Source: Azoarcus sp. | Lineage (GTDB): Bacteria; Pseudomonadota; Gammaproteobacteria; Burkholderiales; Rhodocyclaceae | Direction: 5' to 3' | Assembly: GCA_031277975.1 (NCBI GenBank) | Contig: JAITLI010000013.1 | Coordinates: forward strand, 1-63,718 | Length of the DNA: 63,718 bases | Shown: piece by piece, positions 54,646 to 63,718 of the stretch | Numbering within the stretch: position 1 is the first letter of the stretch | Layout: the number at the start of each line of letters is the position of its first letter | Made by a program: the position numbers and the translations under genes | Notes under the pieces: generated by a model | Database searches by the model: none | What the model was told of the DNA's origin: nothing | Seen by the model: only the letters and a program-made list of their open reading frames with translations

Positions 54646-57600
54646 ATGTCGATTCATGTGGCGTTGTCGCATATCACCTCTTACCGTTACGACCGCCCGG
54701 TAAAACTGGGGCCGCAAGTGCTGCGCTTGCGGCCCGCGCCGCACAGCCGCACGCGCATCCTGTCGTATTCGCTGCGGGTGCTGCCGGAGAAGCATTTCAT
54801 CAACTGGCAGCAGGATCCGCAATCGAATTACCTCGCGCGCTTGGTGTTTCCGGAAAAAACCGGCCTGCTGCGCGTCGAGGTCGATCTGGTGGCCGAGATG
54901 GCGGTGTTCAATCCGTTCGATTTCTTCCTCGAACCGTATGCCGAGAAGACGCCGTTCCGTTATGAAGGCTGGCAGGCGCATGAACTCGCGCCCTATTTGT
55001 TGAAATTGCCGGCGAAACCCGCATTCGCCGCCTACTTGGCGAGGATCGGGCGCGAGGAACAGCGCACGGTGGATTTCCTGGTGAATCTGAACCGCGATGT
55101 GCACGCGCATATCGCGTATGTGATCCGCCTTGAGCCGGGGGTGTGGACGCCCGAAGAGACGCTTGTCGGGCGCTCCGGCTCGTGTCGCGATTCGGCGTGG
55201 CTGCTGGTGCAGCTCTTGCGCCATCTGGGACTGGCGGCGCGCTTCGTTTCCGGTTATTTGATCCAGCTCGCGCCGGATGTGAAGCCGCTCGACGGCCCCG
55301 CCGGCCCCGAGGCCGATTTCACCGATTTGCATGCGTGGTGCGAAGTCTATCTGCCCGGCGCGGGCTGGGTCGGACTCGATCCGACTTCGGGCTTGCTTGC
55401 CGGGGAGGGGCACATCCCGCTGGCGTGTTCGCCCGATCCGCTCTCGGCGGCGCCAATCAGCGGCGCGCTCGACGAGTGCGAGGTCGAATTCGTGCACGAG
55501 ATGAAAGTCTCCCGCATCCGGGAAACGCCGCGCGTCACCAAGCCTTACAGCGAGGAGCAGTGGGCGGATATCGTGGATTTCGGCCATGCCGTCGACAGGT
55601 TGCTCGCCGCAGGCGATGTGCGGCTCACGCAAGGCGGGGAGCCGACGTTCGTGTCGGTCGACGATCCCGACGGCGCGGAATGGAACACGGCCGCGATGGG
55701 GCCGGACAAAAAACGGCTGGCGGCGGATCTTTACCGCCGCTTGCGCGATCGGTATGGTGGGGGCGGATTGGTGCATTTCGGACAGGGCAAGTGGTATCCG
55801 GGCGAGCAGTTGCCGCGCTGGTCGCTGAATTGTTTCTGGCGGCGCGACGGAGAGCCGCTCTGGAACCGCTCCGATCTCGTTGCCGACGAGACGCGGCCCG
55901 ATGGCGCGGACGAGATCGCGGCCGGGCGTTTCCTGCGCGGAGTGGCCGAGGCGTTGGGTCTCGATGCGCGTTTCATTTTCCCCGGTTATGAAGATGCGTT
56001 CTATTACATGTGGCGCGAGCGGCGGCTGCCGTCGAACGTCGATCCGTTCGACGCGCGCATCGACGATCCGCGCGAGCGCGAGCGCTTGCTGCGCGTGTTC
56101 GCGCGCGGCCTGGCGCGGGTCGCCGGGCATGTACTGCCGATCGCGCGCGATCATGGGCGCGGGTGCTGGCGGACAGGGCCATGGTTCCTGCGCGGCGAGC
56201 GTTGTTACCTGATTCCGGGCGATTCGCCGATGGGCTACCGGCTGCCGCTCGATTCGCAGCCGTGGGTGACGGAAAGCGATTATCCGTTGATATGTCAGCC
56301 CGACCCCTTTGAACACCGCCATCCCCTGCCCGCCGCCGCCAGCCTGCGCCGTCAGTTCATGATTCCGCCGGGCGCGGAGACGCGCGGCGGCGGGTCCGCC
56401 CGGGTGCCGCGCATGTTCGAGTCGGCCTCTTGGGTCGTGCGCACCGCGATGTGCGCGGAAGCGCGCAACGGCACGCTGTACGTTTTCATGCCGCCCGTCT
56501 CGTCACTGGAGGATTACCTCGAAATCACCGCCGCGGTCGAAGCCGTCGCGGCGCGCCTGAACCAGCCGGTATTGCTCGAAGGGTACGAGCCGCCGCGCGA
56601 CGGGCGGCTGCAAAGTTTCCGCATCACGCCCGACCCCGGCGTCATCGAGGTCAACATCCATCCCGCAGCCGGTTGGGATGAACTGGCCGAACAGACCACT
56701 CACCTTTACGAAGCGGCCCGCCTGTCGCGGCTGAGCGCCGAAAAGTTCATGATCGACGGACGCCACACCGGCACCGGCGGCGGCAACCATTTCGTCCTCG
56801 GCGGCGCGACGCCGGATGATTCGCCCTTCCTGCGTCGGCCCGACCTGCTCAGGAGCCTCGCCAGTTATTGGCACAATCATCCGAGTCTGTCGTATCTTTT
56901 TTCGGGCTTGTTCATCGGCCCGACCTCACAGGCGCCGCGCATCGACGAAGCGCGCAACGATTCAGTGGCCGAAATCGAACTGGCGTTCCGCGAACTGGGC
57001 CGCCAGTGCGGGCGCGGCGGCGCCTGCCCACCGTGGCTGGTCGACCGCCTGCTGCGGAACCTCTTGATCGACGTCACCGGCAACACGCATCGCGCCGAAT
57101 TCTGCATCGACAAGCTCTATTCGCCCGATAGTTCCGCCAGACGACTCGGCCTGCTGGAGATGCGCGCCTTCGAGATGCCGCCGCACGCGCGCATGAGCCT
57201 GACGCAGCAGTTGTTGTTGCGCACGCTCATTGCCCATTTCTGGGAAACGCCTTACACGCCGGAGCGCCTGGTGCGCTGGGGCACGACATTGCACGACCGC
57301 TTCATGCTGCCGCATTTCGTATGGCAGGATTTTTGCGAGGTCATCGACGCGCTGCGCGCCGGTGGGCACGCGCTCGAACACGAGTGGTTCGCGCCGCATT
57401 TCGAGTTCCGTTTCCCAAAAATCGGCGATTACACGGTCGAAGGCATGCGGCTCGAACTGCGCGCCGCACTCGAACCCTGGCATGTCATGGGCGAGGAAGG
57501 CGCCGGCGGCGGCACGGTGCGTCATGTTGATTCTTCGCTCGAACGGATACAGGTCAAGGCCGATGGCCTCGCGCCGGATCGTTATGTTGTGACCTGCAAC

Positions 57601-57951
57601 GGCGTGGGCGTGCCGCTGCGCCCGACCGGCACGGAGGGCGAATTCGTCGCCGGCGTGCGCTATCGCGCCTGGCGGCCGGCTTCGGCCCTGCACCCGACCA
57701 TCGGTGTCGACAATCCGCTCACGTTCGACATTTTCGACACTTGGAACCAAAGAAGCCTCGGCGGTTGCCAATACCATGTGATGCATCCGGGCGGGCGCAG
57801 TTACGACACTTTCCCGGTCAATGCTTTCGAGGCCGAAAGCCGCCGTATCGCGCGCTTTTTCCGCATCGGCCACACGCCGGGCAAAACCGGGATACGTGAA
57901 GTCCACCCGCAACCGGAATTTCCTTTCACGCTAGACTTGCGTCACTGCTGA
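54646..57951 (+). CDS. Transglutaminase-like domain fused to DUF2126 putative amidoligase
   Basis: GSCRDS / LHAW / LDPT catalytic triad; TPDPGVIEVN, GTGGGNH, HRAEFCIDK, LEMRAFEM. Confidence 0.92.
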   Translation: MSIHVALSHITSYRYDRPVKLGPQVLRLRPAPHSRTRILSYSLRVLPEKHFINWQQDPQSNYLARLVFPEKTGLLRVEVDLVAEMAVFNPFDFFLEPYAEKTPFRYEGWQAHELAPYLLKLPAKPAFAAYLARIGREEQRTVDFLVNLNRDVHAHIAYVIRLEPGVWTPEETLVGRSGSCRDSAWLLVQLLRHLGLAARFVSGYLIQLAPDVKPLDGPAGPEADFTDLHAWCEVYLPGAGWVGLDPTSGLLAGEGHIPLACSPDPLSAAPISGALDECEVEFVHEMKVSRIRETPRVTKPYSEEQWADIVDFGHAVDRLLAAGDVRLTQGGEPTFVSVDDPDGAEWNTAAMGPDKKRLAADLYRRLRDRYGGGGLVHFGQGKWYPGEQLPRWSLNCFWRRDGEPLWNRSDLVADETRPDGADEIAAGRFLRGVAEALGLDARFIFPGYEDAFYYMWRERRLPSNVDPFDARIDDPRERERLLRVFARGLARVAGHVLPIARDHGRGCWRTGPWFLRGERCYLIPGDSPMGYRLPLDSQPWVTESDYPLICQPDPFEHRHPLPAAASLRRQFMIPPGAETRGGGSARVPRMFESASWVVRTAMCAEARNGTLYVFMPPVSSLEDYLEITAAVEAVAARLNQPVLLEGYEPPRDGRLQSFRITPDPGVIEVNIHPAAGWDELAEQTTHLYEAARLSRLSAEKFMIDGRHTGTGGGNHFVLGGATPDDSPFLRRPDLLRSLASYWHNHPSLSYLFSGLFIGPTSQAPRIDEARNDSVAEIELAFRELGRQCGRGGACPPWLVDRLLRNLLIDVTGNTHRAEFCIDKLYSPDSSARRLGLLEMRAFEMPPHARMSLTQQLLLRTLIAHFWETPYTPERLVRWGTTLHDRFMLPHFVWQDFCEVIDALRAGGHALEHEWFAPHFEFRFPKIGDYTVEGMRLELRAALEPWHVMGEEGAGGGTVRHVDSSLERIQVKADGLAPDRYVVTCNGVGVPLRPTGTEGEFVAGVRYRAWRPASALHPTIGVDNPLTFDIFDTWNQRSLGGCQYHVMHPGGRSYDTFPVNAFEAESRRIARFFRIGHTPGKTGIREVHPQPEFPFTLDLRHC

Positions 57952-57982
57952 TTTTCCCTCCAGGCGCCGGCGCGCCGCTCCC

Positions 57983-60478
57983 ATGCCCGCAGGTCTCATC
58001 CATAGCTATCATCCCAGCGCCAGCCGCTATGACGAAATGCTGGCCGCGCGCGCTCGGCCCCGGCCCTGTTGGCGGGCATTCGCCGAGCGGCTGGAAGATA
58101 TTCCCGAAGAGGCGCTCCTCCGGCGCGAGAAGTTCGTGCGCGACGCAATCGAGGCGGACGGCGTCAGCTACAACGTCTATAGCGACCCGCAGGGCAACCG
58201 CCGCCCATGGGAACTCGACATGCTGCCGCTCATCATCGGCGATGATGAATGGAGCCGCCTGTCGGCGGCGGTGGCGCAACGGGCGCGGCTTCTCAACGCC
58301 ATTCTCACCGATCTCTACGGCCCGCAATGCCTGCTCGCCGAAGGCTTGTTGCCGCCGGCGCTGGTATTCGGCCAGCACGGTTTCCGCTGGCCGGCGCGCG
58401 GCGTGCATCCGCCGGGCGGCGTCTGGCTGTTCAGCTACGCCGCCGACATCGCCCGTGCGCCCGACGGACGTTGGTGGGTGATTGCCGACCGCACCCAGGG
58501 GCCGTCGGGTTCCGGTTATGCCCTGCAAAACCGCATCATCGTCTCGAACGCGTTCCCGGATGCTTTCCGCGAACTGCACGTGAATCGGCTGGCGGGCTAT
58601 TTCCGCACCATGCAGGAGAGCATCGCCCGCATCGCCCCCTCCGATGACGAAACGCCGCTCGCCGTGCTGCTGACGCCGGGGCCTTACAACGAAACTTATT
58701 TCGAGCACGCATTCCTTGCCCGCTATCTCGGTTTTCCGTTGGTCGAAGGGCAGGATCTCACCGTGCGCGACAACACCGTTTTCCTCAAGACCCTGCGCGG
58801 CCTGCGCCGGGTGCATGCCGTCATGCGGCGGCTCGACGACGATTATTGCGACCCGCTCGAACTGCGCGCCGACTCCGCCCTCGGCATTCCGGGGTTGCTC
58901 GGCGCCGCGCGCGCCGGGCGGGTGCTGGTCGCCAATGCCATCGGCAGCGGCGTGCTCGAATCGGGCGCGCTTTTCGGTTTCCTGCCCGCGATCTGCGAGC
59001 GCCTGCTCGGCGAGCCGCTGGCTATGCCCTCGGTGGCGAGCTGGTGGTGCGGCGAGAAACCGGCGCTCGATTATGTGCTCGCCCATCTCGACGAACTCGT
59101 CATCAAACCGGCATTTTCCGGCATGCGCATGAACGCGGTGTTCGGCAGCCTGCTGCGCGGCGAAGCCCGCCGCAGGATGATCGAGCGCATCCACGCCCAG
59201 CCCCACGCCTATGCGGCGCAGGAATGGGTGCGGCTGGCGCAGGCGCCGGTGTGGCAACGGCGGCACCTGCAACCGCGCTCGGTCGGCATCCGCGTCTTTT
59301 CCTGCGCCGCCGGCAACGGCGGCTACGCGGTCATGCCCGGCGCGCTCGGGCGCGTCGCGCCGCACGCGGGCATGGAAGTCATTTCGATGCAGCGCGGCGG
59401 ACTTTCCAAGGACACCTGGATCCGCGCCTCGGCGCCGGTGCACAACACGACGATGCTCAAACGCCGGCTGGGCGTGAACGATCTGGTGCGCAGCGGCTCC
59501 GACATCCCTTCGCGCGTCGGCGAAAACCTGTTCTGGTTCGGACGTTATACCGAACGGGTCGAAATTGGTGCGCGGCTGCTGCGCGCCGCCCTGACCCGCT
59601 CCACCAGCGGCGAGGACGACGCCGGACAGGAACTTGCCGGACTACTCGCGGCGGCGCGGCGCGCGGGCATGCCGGTGGATGGGCCGGAGGACGAGGAGGA
59701 ACGCGGGGAAGACCGTCCTGAACGCCAGATCATCGCCGCGTTGGTCGACGCCGCCCGCCCCGGTTCGGTGGCGGCCAACCTGCGCGCGCTTGCCTTTTCC
59801 GCCGGACAGGTGCGCGAACGCCTGTCCTCGGACAACTGGCATGCGCTCAACGCCCTCGAACAACTGCTCGCCTCCCCGATCGTCAGTGTCGACCAAGCCC
59901 TGTCGGCCATCGACCGCATCATGCAATCGTGCATCCTGTTCGCCGGTTTCGCGCTCGATGACATGACCCGCGACGAAGGCTGGCGCTTTCTCATCCTCGG
60001 ACGGCGCATCGAGCGCCTCGAAAGACTGGCCGGACTGATCCCGCTTCCCGCCACGGGCACCGCCCGCGAGCGCGAACAAATGCTGGAATGGCTGCTGGAA
60101 GCCGCCGATTCCATCGTCACCTACCGCGCCCGCTACCGGCGCGAACCGGAATTGCTGCCGGCGCTGCACCTGATCGTGTTCGACCACGCCAACCCACATT
60201 CGGTACGTTTCCAGGTCGACACCTTGCGCGAATACCTCGCCCTCACCGCGCGCGAGCTGGGCCATCCCTGCCCCTCGCCCATGATCGAACCGCTCGCGCG
60301 CCATTTGGAAGATTTCGATCTACGCCGTTTCGAGGACAGCGATCCGGAAGCGGCGCTCGATGCCCTGCGCGTCCTGCTCGCCGAAGCGGCCAGCGCCGCG
60401 CAGGCGCTCTCCGACGAAATACATCGCCGCTATTTCATCCACACCGTGCGCCCGGTGCTGCTGCGGAGAATGCCATGA
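57983..60478 (+). CDS. Circularly permuted type 2 ATP-grasp protein fused to alpha-E domain
   Basis: YDEM, PWELD.LP, DRTQ.PSG.GYAL.NR, ETYFEH, SKDTW; alpha-E WFGRY.ER and LGRRIER. Confidence 0.92.
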   Translation: MPAGLIHSYHPSASRYDEMLAARARPRPCWRAFAERLEDIPEEALLRREKFVRDAIEADGVSYNVYSDPQGNRRPWELDMLPLIIGDDEWSRLSAAVAQRARLLNAILTDLYGPQCLLAEGLLPPALVFGQHGFRWPARGVHPPGGVWLFSYAADIARAPDGRWWVIADRTQGPSGSGYALQNRIIVSNAFPDAFRELHVNRLAGYFRTMQESIARIAPSDDETPLAVLLTPGPYNETYFEHAFLARYLGFPLVEGQDLTVRDNTVFLKTLRGLRRVHAVMRRLDDDYCDPLELRADSALGIPGLLGAARAGRVLVANAIGSGVLESGALFGFLPAICERLLGEPLAMPSVASWWCGEKPALDYVLAHLDELVIKPAFSGMRMNAVFGSLLRGEARRRMIERIHAQPHAYAAQEWVRLAQAPVWQRRHLQPRSVGIRVFSCAAGNGGYAVMPGALGRVAPHAGMEVISMQRGGLSKDTWIRASAPVHNTTMLKRRLGVNDLVRSGSDIPSRVGENLFWFGRYTERVEIGARLLRAALTRSTSGEDDAGQELAGLLAAARRAGMPVDGPEDEEERGEDRPERQIIAALVDAARPGSVAANLRALAFSAGQVRERLSSDNWHALNALEQLLASPIVSVDQALSAIDRIMQSCILFAGFALDDMTRDEGWRFLILGRRIERLERLAGLIPLPATGTAREREQMLEWLLEAADSIVTYRARYRREPELLPALHLIVFDHANPHSVRFQVDTLREYLALTARELGHPCPSPMIEPLARHLEDFDLRRFEDSDPEAALDALRVLLAEAASAAQALSDEIHRRYFIHTVRPVLLRRMP

Positions 60479-61458
60479 GCGCGGATGGCGCGGTGCGCTA
60501 TCTCATCCGCCACGACACCCGCTACCGCTACGACCAGCCCGTTGGCGAATCGCGCCAGCTCATGCGGCTGCGCCCACGCGAACTGCCCCGCCAGCATTGC
60601 CTCTCCCACACCCTGGAAATAGATCCCCGTCCCCGGCACGGCGAGGAGTACGTCGACGGCTTCGGCAATACCGTCTGTTCGCTGCATTTCGAGCACGAAC
60701 ATGACATCTTGTTCGTCCGCGCCGAAAGCCTGGTCGAAATCACGCCTTTCGTTCCTCCCGCACCCGGTGCGTCCCTGCCCTGGGAGCGGGCGCGCGACGA
60801 ACTCGCCTACCACGCCGGGCGCGGGCTGGACGCCGCGCATCTGGAAGCAGCAGGTTTTCTTTTCGAATCGCGCCATGTGCGGATCAAGCATGAATTCGCC
60901 GAGTACGCACACGCCGATTTCCCGGCGGCGATGCCGCTGCTTGCCGGGGTCGACCGCCTGATGCGGCGCATCCACCGTGAATTCATCTACGATCCGGAAG
61001 CCACCGGCATCTCCACTCCCGTCACCGACGTACTGGTCCGCCGGCGCGGCGTCTGCCAGGACTTCGCCCACTTGATGCTGTCCTGCCTGCGTTCGCTCGG
61101 GTTGGCGGCGCGCTATGTTTCCGGCTACATCCTTACCCATCCGCCCGCGGGCAAGGCGCGCCTCGTCGGCGCGGACGCGACCCACGCCTGGGTGTCGGTA
61201 TTCTGCCCCGGCGCGGGCTGGGTGGATTTCGACCCGACCAACGCGCACATTCCTACCCGCGAGCACGTCACCCTCGCCTGGGGACGGGATTTTGCCGACA
61301 TCTCACCGCTGCGCGGAGTCATTCTCGGCGGCGGCGGTCATGAGCCGGAAATCGCCGTCACTATGGTTCCCGAAGCTGAACGCGCCGTGCTCCACCCCGA
61401 ATCCCGCCCGCCGGCCGCCGCCTTTCCGCCCACCGCGCAGACCGCGCCTCCAGCCTGA
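60475..61458 (+). CDS. Transglutaminase-family protein
   Basis: H.T.YRY N-terminus, GVCQDFAH, ARYVSGY, THAW, DFDPTN, GRDFAD. Confidence 0.93.
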   Translation: MSADGAVRYLIRHDTRYRYDQPVGESRQLMRLRPRELPRQHCLSHTLEIDPRPRHGEEYVDGFGNTVCSLHFEHEHDILFVRAESLVEITPFVPPAPGASLPWERARDELAYHAGRGLDAAHLEAAGFLFESRHVRIKHEFAEYAHADFPAAMPLLAGVDRLMRRIHREFIYDPEATGISTPVTDVLVRRRGVCQDFAHLMLSCLRSLGLAARYVSGYILTHPPAGKARLVGADATHAWVSVFCPGAGWVDFDPTNAHIPTREHVTLAWGRDFADISPLRGVILGGGGHEPEIAVTMVPEAERAVLHPESRPPAAAFPPTAQTAPPA

Positions 61459-61494
61459 TACGGCTGCTGATCAGGGAAAGCGGTCATGATTGCG

Positions 61495-61550
<56 letters not shown>

Positions 61551-61676
61551 TGTTCCCGCGCTGTTCGCCGCCTCGTGCCTTGTTCCCGCTTTGATCGCAA
61601 AGCCGCATCGGCCCCCCGCAAAAAAATATCGGCAGGTATATGTACATGGCGGCCTTTGTTCGTTACTATGTCACGT

Positions 61677-62549
61677 ATGCGCTATTGTCTTTTTCCTCTC
61701 TTGGCGGGTCTGCTGTTTTTCGGCTCATTTGGCACGGCCGCCGCAATTCCCGCGCCGGCGAGAAACCAGGCGCAGGACGCATCCGCCAATACTGGCCGAG
61801 GAGCATCCACGGCAATCACCCGCGCCGCCCGTAGCGGCCCCGTGTTCGGTCTGGCGGCCTTGGCGGCGATCAGCGTTACCCGCGCCGCCCGCAATCCCGC
61901 TCCCATCGTGTTCGAAAGCGCCGATCAGGCTCCGATCGCCGCCGTCTCCGCAGTCAATACGTTGTTGAGCACGGCCAAGAGCACCGCCGTCAGCGCCTCC
62001 CTGCTTCCCGTCGTATCGCCACGGTACGCCGCGGCGCTCAACTCCGCCTACAACCCCGCAGTGTTCAGCAAGACCTCCGCCGCCGCGCACGCCACCTCCG
62101 GCAGCGCGGTGCAAAAGCTTATCAAGGAAGGATGGCGCTACATCGGCGTGCCCTACCGCTGGGGCGGCAGTTCTCCCATCACCGGCATGGATTGCAGCGG
62201 TCTCGTGCAAGTGGTGTTCCGCGACGCGCTGGGCATCGACCTGCCGCGCACCTCGCTGGCAATGGCGACCCAAGGCGACCGGGTCAACGTCCGCGATCTC
62301 AAGCCGGGCGATCTGGTTTTCTTCAATACCATGGGAACCACCATTTCGCACGTCGGCATCTACGTGGGCAGCAGCAGGTTCCTGCATGCGCCATCGACAG
62401 GAAACTTCGTGCGCATCGACAAGTTGAATTCCGCCTACTGGGGGCAGCGCTACATCACCGCCCGCCGCCTGATCGGCGACGCCAAGCAAAACACGCAGCT
62501 CGCTTCCCGCGCCGTTCCCGCCTCCGCCTCATCCGCGTTGATACAGTAA
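61677..62549 (+). CDS. NlpC/P60 (C40) cell-wall peptidase
   Basis: Signal peptide; GVPYRWGG, DCSG, LPRTS, PGDLVFF, SHVGIY, FLHAPS; start 61668 or 61677. Confidence 0.9.
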   Translation: MRYCLFPLLAGLLFFGSFGTAAAIPAPARNQAQDASANTGRGASTAITRAARSGPVFGLAALAAISVTRAARNPAPIVFESADQAPIAAVSAVNTLLSTAKSTAVSASLLPVVSPRYAAALNSAYNPAVFSKTSAAAHATSGSAVQKLIKEGWRYIGVPYRWGGSSPITGMDCSGLVQVVFRDALGIDLPRTSLAMATQGDRVNVRDLKPGDLVFFNTMGTTISHVGIYVGSSRFLHAPSTGNFVRIDKLNSAYWGQRYITARRLIGDAKQNTQLASRAVPASASSALIQ

Positions 62550-62582
62550 TACGGATTCGCAATCTCTGATTGCAAATCCGTA
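62550..62582. repeat. Inverted repeat between convergent genes (REP-like or terminator)
   Basis: TACGGATTCGCAATC-tct-GATTGCAAATCCGTA. Confidence 0.65.
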
Positions 62583-62611
62583 CAAGACTCTCCGCAGACA
62601 CATCCCATGAT

Positions 62612-62995
62612 TTAGCGCCGCTTGGCCCGCGTCTTTTCGGGGCAAGCATTGCAGATCTCGCACTTTTCCCGGTTCACGCGGCGGCCAAGCGCCTGTTGCA
62701 GCGCGCATACCGAACGGCGGCAGCACACAAAACTCACCCCGGCGCGGCTGGCGGCATCGCGGAATCCCTGCATGACGTTATGTCCGAGGAAATCGGTAAA
62801 TAAAATGACAATGCCGACCCCCGCCGGAAGCGAGGCGACGCTGCGGCGCTGGTGACTGCTGTCGCGGCCACTGATGTGAGCCACGATGCGAATACCGAAC
62901 TGATCAAGAATATCCGGAATATTCCCCAACCGGTCCGCGCCAACGATGAGCGCATCCGTGGGGGTGAGCGCGGAAGTTTCCGCAAGTGTAGCCAT
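62612..62995 (-). CDS. DUF2325 domain protein
   Basis: ALIVGADRLGNI, HISGR, LFTDFLGHN, FVCCRRS; RBS AAGAGG. Confidence 0.85.
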   Translation of the reverse strand: MATLAETSALTPTDALIVGADRLGNIPDILDQFGIRIVAHISGRDSSHQRRSVASLPAGVGIVILFTDFLGHNVMQGFRDAASRAGVSFVCCRRSVCALQQALGRRVNREKCEICNACPEKTRAKRR

Positions 62996-63008
62996 GCCAA
63001 CCTCTTGG

Positions 63009-63073
63009 ATGAGAAAAATTCTCATCAATTATGGCCCCGCCGAAGGCAATTTGCAAATGAGAATTTTTCACAC
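63009..63073. promoter_or_regulatory. Two Fur-box-like sites upstream of DUF2325
   Basis: ATGAGAAAAATTCTCAT (63009-63025) and AAATGAGAATTTTTCACAC (63055-63073). Confidence 0.65.
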
Positions 63074-63099
63074 CATCAGGTATATTCGATAATTTTCTT

Positions 63100-63252
63100 A
63101 GAATCTGTTCATTGTCTCTGGTGCTCCCCCGCCGATTACCCCTACAACGGTCTGAACACGTTCTGAAAGGCGGGGAATTCGTTTTGATATTCCCGATTCC
63201 GCTGATTGCAGGAGCGGTTTACCGCCATTCCCGGAGATAATGAACAGGTTCT
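63100..63252. mobile_element. MITE with IS5-family-like terminal inverted repeats
   Basis: AGAATCTGTTCATTGTCTCTGG / CCGGAGATAATGAACAGGTTCT (19/22 complementary), TA at both ends, non-coding interior. Confidence 0.7.
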
Positions 63253-63399
63253 AAAAATCAGGTTAGCGCGGCCCGGGAAAAACTGGGGCGCAACGCTTGC
63301 GGCACGCTGTTGATCGTGGATGCGCAGAGCATCAAGAACACGGACGCGGCGAAAAGCAAGGGTTACGATGCGGGCAAGAAGGTCTCTGGGATCAAGCGC
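63253..63399 (+). pseudogene. IS5-family transposase internal fragment
   Basis: KNQVSAAREKLGRNACGTLLIVDAQSIKNTDAAKSKGYDAGKKVSGIKR; the DAQS / GYDAGKK..GIKR motif is cut off at the IS481 end. Confidence 0.85.
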
Positions 63400-63718
63400 T
63401 GTCGCGTTCCGCCTGATTGTAAACATGCCTGACAAACATTTCAGAGTATTGATCGTACCATGATGCGAGGGCGTCGATGGGAGATTGATGTTCGATGGTT
63501 TGTTGTGGGATGAAGTGGTTGTACGCCAGGAGATAATCCTTTAGGGTCTGTTCGAGTTCGGCGGCGCTCTTGAAGCGGGTTTGCTGGCAGAGTTCGCTGA
63601 TACGGCCATTGAAACGCTCGACCATGCCGTTCGTCTGCGGATGGCGCGGCGGGATGAGGCGGTGGTCGATCTGGGCGTTGGCGCAGGCCTGGTCGAAGAC
63701 ATGCGCGCCGGAAGGCTG
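63392..63718 (-). mobile_element. IS481-family element: 3' part of the transposase and right end
   Basis: HRLIPPRHPQTNGMVERFNGRI rve motif; TGT-starting terminal repeat at 63400; the ORF runs through the repeat and stops in the flank. Confidence 0.88.

Noticed and set aside
63142..63435. 97-aa minus-strand ORF
   Set aside because: Antisense of the IS5 fragment, spanning three element junctions

Overview
High-GC betaproteobacterial chromosome segment. The gene set and order resemble Rhodocyclales/Zoogloeaceae (Azoarcus/Thauera-like), which is an inference. Most of it is housekeeping: an Mla/MCE-type ABC operon, a SWIM-SNF2 helicase, dapF-DUF484-xerC-rlmI, ruvA/ruvB, gabD, secA, dciA, tRNA-Val(CAC)-gltX, rnb-tonB-aroE-mtgA, clpB, nitrilase-tldD-corC, rsmB-DUF4390-ntrYX-trkAH-hemE-priA, zapB-zapA-6S RNA and ilvD. 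Six things stand out. (1) Two secreted-protein genes (NIDO-domain and THxN PEP-CTERM) share a near-identical TGT-N11-ACA enhancer plus a sigma-54 promoter; one has lost its sorting tail and the other splits ruvA from ruvB. (2) Two parS sites and a DnaA-box cluster between hemE and priA suggest the window is near the origin. (3) A sigma-54-driven operon encodes a transglutaminase/DUF2126 amidoligase, a circularly permuted ATP-grasp/alpha-E protein and a second transglutaminase, a peptide ligation system whose product is unknown. (4) An RHH antitoxin is followed by a decayed PIN toxin. (5) A DUF2325 gene carries Fur-like boxes. (6) The right edge holds a nested MITE / IS5 remnant / IS481 stack, with orphan IS481 ends elsewhere. 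No CRISPR array, prophage or rRNA was seen. All calls come from motif recognition by eye; no database search was run.
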